A stretch of DNA of 58,324 nucleotides from positions 1 to 58,324 of the forward strand of contig PWJA01000017.1 of assembly GCA_003560975.1 (NCBI GenBank). The letters run 5' to 3'. Under the pieces are notes generated by a model. It had not been told where the DNA came from. It saw only the letters and a program-made list of their open reading frames with translations, and did no database searches. This DNA is from Gammaproteobacteria bacterium. Lineage in GTDB: Bacteria > Pseudomonadota > Gammaproteobacteria > Xanthomonadales > Wenzhouxiangellaceae. Shown piece after piece: positions 54,991 to 58,324 of the stretch (position 1 is the stretch's first letter; every line of letters begins with the position of its first letter). Position numbers and translations under genes: made by a program.

Positions 54991-55187
54991 AGTTCCGTAG
55001 CGCACTCCTTGCCGTCGGCGCGCTCGCGCTGACGGTCGGCCTGTCTGGCTGTTACGAGTCTTCCGACGTCACCCGCTTCGAGCCCGGCGAGTACAAGGGC
55101 GCCGACGATCCGCTCCTGGCCAAGCTGGAAGATCCCGAGTTCCGGGCCGAGCTGGACAGCCGGTTCGACGGCCAGAGAGATCGATAG
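54987..55187 (+). CDS. Small lipoprotein within the fdh operon
   Basis: LSGC lipobox; ATGA overlap with the beta subunit gene. Confidence 0.8.
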   Translation: MKFRSALLAVGALALTVGLSGCYESSDVTRFEPGEYKGADDPLLAKLEDPEFRAELDSRFDGQRDR

Positions 55188-55394
55188 ATGCGCCGTTTGA
55201 TCACACCCGCCGGATGGTCGCTCCCGGGCCTGGTGTTCGTCACCGTGCTGCTCGTTGGATGCAGTGCCGAACACCATGACGAGCCCTGGATCAACCCGGG
55301 CCAGGCGGAGCGAATCGGCGAACGCGATCAACGCGACGAGCAGACACAACAGCAGCTGCGTGACCGGGCGAGATCTGGCCAGGCGCAGCGCTAG
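55188..55394 (+). CDS. Second small lipoprotein within the fdh operon
   Basis: LVGC lipobox; starts immediately after the previous stop. Confidence 0.72.
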   Translation: MRRLITPAGWSLPGLVFVTVLLVGCSAEHHDEPWINPGQAERIGERDQRDEQTQQQLRDRARSGQAQR

Positions 55395-55408
55395 TTCGGA
55401 GAAACAGC

Positions 55409-56485
55409 ATGGAGAAGCAAAGCAAGCAAACGACCCGGTCCCGCAAGACATTGCGGCGCATCGCGGTCATGACCCTTTTCGTGGCCGTCGCCGCGATGGT
55501 CGTTCCCTTGAGCGGCTACGTGTACGTGGCCGTGGCCCAGGAGACCGAACAGGCCCAGACCCAGCCCTGGGCGGAGACCAATCCGCGATCCGACGTCTGG
55601 CGGCAGGCGCGTCAGTCCACCGAGGGCCGCAGCGTCATCCAGGGCCCGGGCGCCAACGTGGTGATGACCAGCAGCGGCGAAACGTTCCGCCAGATTCGCA
55701 TGGGGCCGCTGTCGACTTACGCACCGTGGTATCTGGCCCTGATGATTGGGGCGGTGGCCTTGTTCTTCATCATTTCCGGCGGTGGCGAGAAACTGGCAGC
55801 CGAGTCCGGCAAACGGGTTCCACGCTGGTCGAAGTTTGATATCGCCTTGCACTGGTTCGTGGCCATCCTCTTTCTGGTCCTGGCCATTACCGGCTTGAGC
55901 CTGCTGTTCGGGCGCGCGGTGCTGATCCCGCTGCTGGGGCCGGAGGGCTTTGCCGCCTGGGCGCTTGCCTCGAAGAACATCCATAACTACGGTGGTGCGT
56001 TCTTCGTGGTCGGGGTGGTGCTGATGATCGTGGCCTGGACCCGCTACAACATCCCCAACGGCACCGACGTCAAGTGGTTGCTCAAGGGCGGGGCGTTTGG
56101 CAAGCACTTGCCGGCCGGGCGCATGAACGGTGGTGAAAAGGCCTGGTTCTGGGTCAACGTCGGCGCCGGCATCATCGTCAGTGTCACGGGCATCATGATG
56201 ATCAACCCGCAGGTCTTCGAGTCCAGAGAGCTGTTTCAGCTCAACCTGATCGTCCATGCCATCGTTGCCATCCTGTGGCTGGGTGCGAGCTTCGGGCACA
56301 TGTACATGGCGACCCTGGGTGCGCCGGGTTCCATGGACGCCATGACCAAGGGCCACGTGAGCAGCGAATGGGCGAAAGTCCACCATGATCTCTGGTACGA
56401 CGAGGTCAAGGACCAGGAGTTTCGCGCCGAGGACGAAACCCGCTCGGGCGATGCGGGGCGTCAGCCTTCGACCGGACCGGCCTGA
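55409..56485 (+). CDS. fdhC: Formate dehydrogenase cytochrome b (gamma) subunit with N-terminal extension
   Basis: LHWFVA, KNIHNY, AGRMNGGEKAWFW, IVHAIVA, GHMYM, WAKVHHDLWY. Confidence 0.93.
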   Translation: MEKQSKQTTRSRKTLRRIAVMTLFVAVAAMVVPLSGYVYVAVAQETEQAQTQPWAETNPRSDVWRQARQSTEGRSVIQGPGANVVMTSSGETFRQIRMGPLSTYAPWYLALMIGAVALFFIISGGGEKLAAESGKRVPRWSKFDIALHWFVAILFLVLAITGLSLLFGRAVLIPLLGPEGFAAWALASKNIHNYGGAFFVVGVVLMIVAWTRYNIPNGTDVKWLLKGGAFGKHLPAGRMNGGEKAWFWVNVGAGIIVSVTGIMMINPQVFESRELFQLNLIVHAIVAILWLGASFGHMYMATLGAPGSMDAMTKGHVSSEWAKVHHDLWYDEVKDQEFRAEDETRSGDAGRQPSTGPA

Positions 56486-56514
56486 TCTCGCGGCTGTTTC
56501 GATCGCAACCCCGT

Positions 56515-56548
56515 GCAGAAAGCCGGCGTTCGCCGGCTTTCTGCTTTT
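56515..56548. terminator. Intrinsic (probably bidirectional) terminator
   Basis: GCAGAAAGCCGGCG-TT-CGCCGGCTTTCTGC perfect inverted repeat followed by TTTT, between convergent genes. Confidence 0.9.
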
Positions 56549-57305
56549 ACAGGCCGAAAAATTCGTTCAGGGTGACGGTGCGAACCTGGTCCTGGCCGGT
56601 TTCCACCTGCAAGGCCCCGGTCTCGTCCAGTCCGATCAGAGGGCCGGCGATCACTTCTTCCGTGTCCAGTCGGACCATCATCGCCGTGCCGGGCTGGGCA
56701 TGGCGGTTGCGGAATTGGCCCAGTATCGGGTCCATGCCTTCCTCGGCCCAGCGGTTCAACCAGTGCAGGAAGTGGCGGGCATAGTTCTCCAGCAATGAGG
56801 TCGGCGTGATGTCCGGGTTTCCGCCTTCGACCTGCACGCAACCGGCGTCGATCACCGTCTCCGGCGCCCGGCCGACGTTGACCGCCACGCTGAGCACAAG
56901 CCAGTCGTTGTGCTCGTCCGCATCCAGCCACAGGCCGGCCACCTTGACCCCGCTGAGCAGAATGTCGTTGGGCCAGCGATAGGCCAGGTCGGTCATCGGG
57001 ACCACCTGCTCGGCAAAGGCCAAGCCCATGGAGACCACCCCGACCAGGGCAATCTGGCCGAAGTCCGCGCGCGCGAATTCCGGTTCAAGAATCAGGCTGA
57101 CATACAGGCCCTCGTCGGGCGAATGCCAATCCTTTCCCGGCCGGCCCCGTCCCTCGGATTGTCGGGTCGCCCAGACCAGGGTCCCTTCCTCGGCGCCTTC
57201 CCGGGCCATCCGGACCGCGTGACTGCGCACGCCGTCCCCGTTGTCCAGGGCGACGGGTTCATAGGCCAGGGGCAGTTGCGGGCGCGAGGGGTCGGTTTGG
57301 CTCAT
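56547..57305 (-). CDS. Biotin/lipoate protein ligase family protein (BirA-like, no HTH)
   Basis: ATRQSEGRGR..WHSP, RWPNDILLSGVKVAGL, GLDETGAL. Confidence 0.88.
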   Translation of the reverse strand: MSQTDPSRPQLPLAYEPVALDNGDGVRSHAVRMAREGAEEGTLVWATRQSEGRGRPGKDWHSPDEGLYVSLILEPEFARADFGQIALVGVVSMGLAFAEQVVPMTDLAYRWPNDILLSGVKVAGLWLDADEHNDWLVLSVAVNVGRAPETVIDAGCVQVEGGNPDITPTSLLENYARHFLHWLNRWAEEGMDPILGQFRNRHAQPGTAMMVRLDTEEVIAGPLIGLDETGALQVETGQDQVRTVTLNEFFGL

Positions 57306-58324
57306 CAGTGCAGCTTTTGGGGGCGTTGATCCAGGGATTCGAGCAAGCGGCGCAACTTCTGGGCCGGCGCGGTCAGCAGGCCCAGTTGCCCGGATTGTGC
57401 CGCCAGCGCCGCTTCCAGCAAACTCCGGGCCTCGTCACGCCGGCCGGCGTCGCGCAGCAGCGCACCCAGCAGGCCCGCGGCTTCCATGTACAGCGCGTCG
57501 GTTGGGCCCACCACTTCCTGCGCGGTTTCGGTGACGTGCCGCAACAACGGCTCGGCCAGTTCCGGCTTGCCTCCTTCAACGTACAGGCGGGCCAGACCGA
57601 GCAGCGCCGACAAGGTGTGCGGGTGCTGTGGTCCGACCAGCTGGCGCCAGATCTCGATGTCGGATCGATAGAGTGCCTCGGCATCGGCCCAGGCGCCCCG
57701 ATCGCGCAGCAGGTCGGCCAGCCCCAGCAGGGTGGTTGCAAACGCCGCGCTTTCCGGGCCGCTGATCTTGTCCCAGGCATCCAGGGCGCGACGGAACAGC
57801 TGTTCGGCTTCGTCGGTCTTTCCGGACGCTTCGAGTGCAGTGGCCAGATTGTGCAGGCTGCTGGCCGTATCGGAATGATGTTCGCCGTGCAGGGACAATC
57901 GCATCTGCAGGGCGCGCCGGTAGAGCTTTTCGGCCTGAGCGTACTGCTGGCGAGCGTCCAGAACGGTGGCCAGGTTGTTCAGGCCCGCGGCGGTGGCGGC
58001 GTGCTCGGGTCCGAATGCCGCTTCGGTGATCTCGAGGGCCTCGGTGTAGAGGTCCTGGGCGGTTTCATACTGGCCGGCCATGTACTGCACGCCGGCCAGC
58101 TGGTCGCAGCAGCTCGCCGTGGTCGGGTGGCCTTGTCCCAGCTCCTCGCGGGCCAGCTTGAGGGCGCGTCGGAGCAATTCATCGGCTTCTTTCAGTTCTC
58201 CCCGTGCCTTGTGCACCCCGGCCAGGTTGCTCAGCCAGGGAATCAGGCGCGAGTCGTTCTTCGGCTCACTGTCTTCCAGGCTGACGATGCCGGCCCGGTA
58301 GACCGCGCTGGCCGCGTCCAGATC
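57305..58324 (-). CDS. Tetratricopeptide repeat protein (5' end beyond the window)
   Basis: Repeated HP/H..TA..L.NLA TPR units. The frame stays open to the right edge and is coupled to the ligase gene. Confidence 0.88.
   Translation of the reverse strand, partial: DLDAASAVYRAGIVSLEDSEPKNDSRLIPWLSNLAGVHKARGELKEADELLRRALKLAREELGQGHPTTASCCDQLAGVQYMAGQYETAQDLYTEALEITEAAFGPEHAATAAGLNNLATVLDARQQYAQAEKLYRRALQMRLSLHGEHHSDTASSLHNLATALEASGKTDEAEQLFRRALDAWDKISGPESAAFATTLLGLADLLRDRGAWADAEALYRSDIEIWRQLVGPQHPHTLSALLGLARLYVEGGKPELAEPLLRHVTETAQEVVGPTDALYMEAAGLLGALLRDAGRRDEARSLLEAALAAQSGQLGLLTAPAQKLRRLLESLDQRPQKLH

Overview
High-GC gammaproteobacterial-type chromosomal window; the taxon is an inference. From left to right it holds: the 5' part of recG, ridA, a DUF3617-like exported protein, and a ZnuD-like TonB-dependent receptor with a possible Zur box. 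Next is a ~14 kb cluster (4590-18919) joining periplasmic-glucan genes (mdoG/mdoH) and a membrane sulfatase-fold phosphotransferase to a GTP-derived pathway of unknown product. That pathway comprises RibA, a reductase-only RibD, a creatininase, a PTPS-IV-type T-fold protein, an MDR dehydrogenase, a GT4, two methyltransferases, a flippase-like protein and a CDP-alcohol phosphatidyltransferase. Then come hrpB, a thioredoxin-like gene, and a 1.6 kb islet bounded by a perfect 58-bp direct repeat. The islet carries a PrlF-YhaV toxin-antitoxin pair and what looks like an orphan IS1111 (IS110 family) right end encoding a bridge/seek RNA whose guide matches its own flank. Further right are mscS, LysR-azoR-pirin, a DUF294/exonuclease pair, a Ser/Thr kinase-TPR protein, an acyl-CoA dehydrogenase, and a c-di-GMP/two-component block with a hemerythrin diguanylate cyclase. 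The window ends with a large molybdopterin/formate dehydrogenase locus, including an unusual BNR-propeller/YqeC/MoaD-like/rhodanese-MoeB/mobA/moeA operon. No rRNA, tRNA, CRISPR array, transposase or integrase gene was seen. All calls are from motif recognition by eye; no searches were run.
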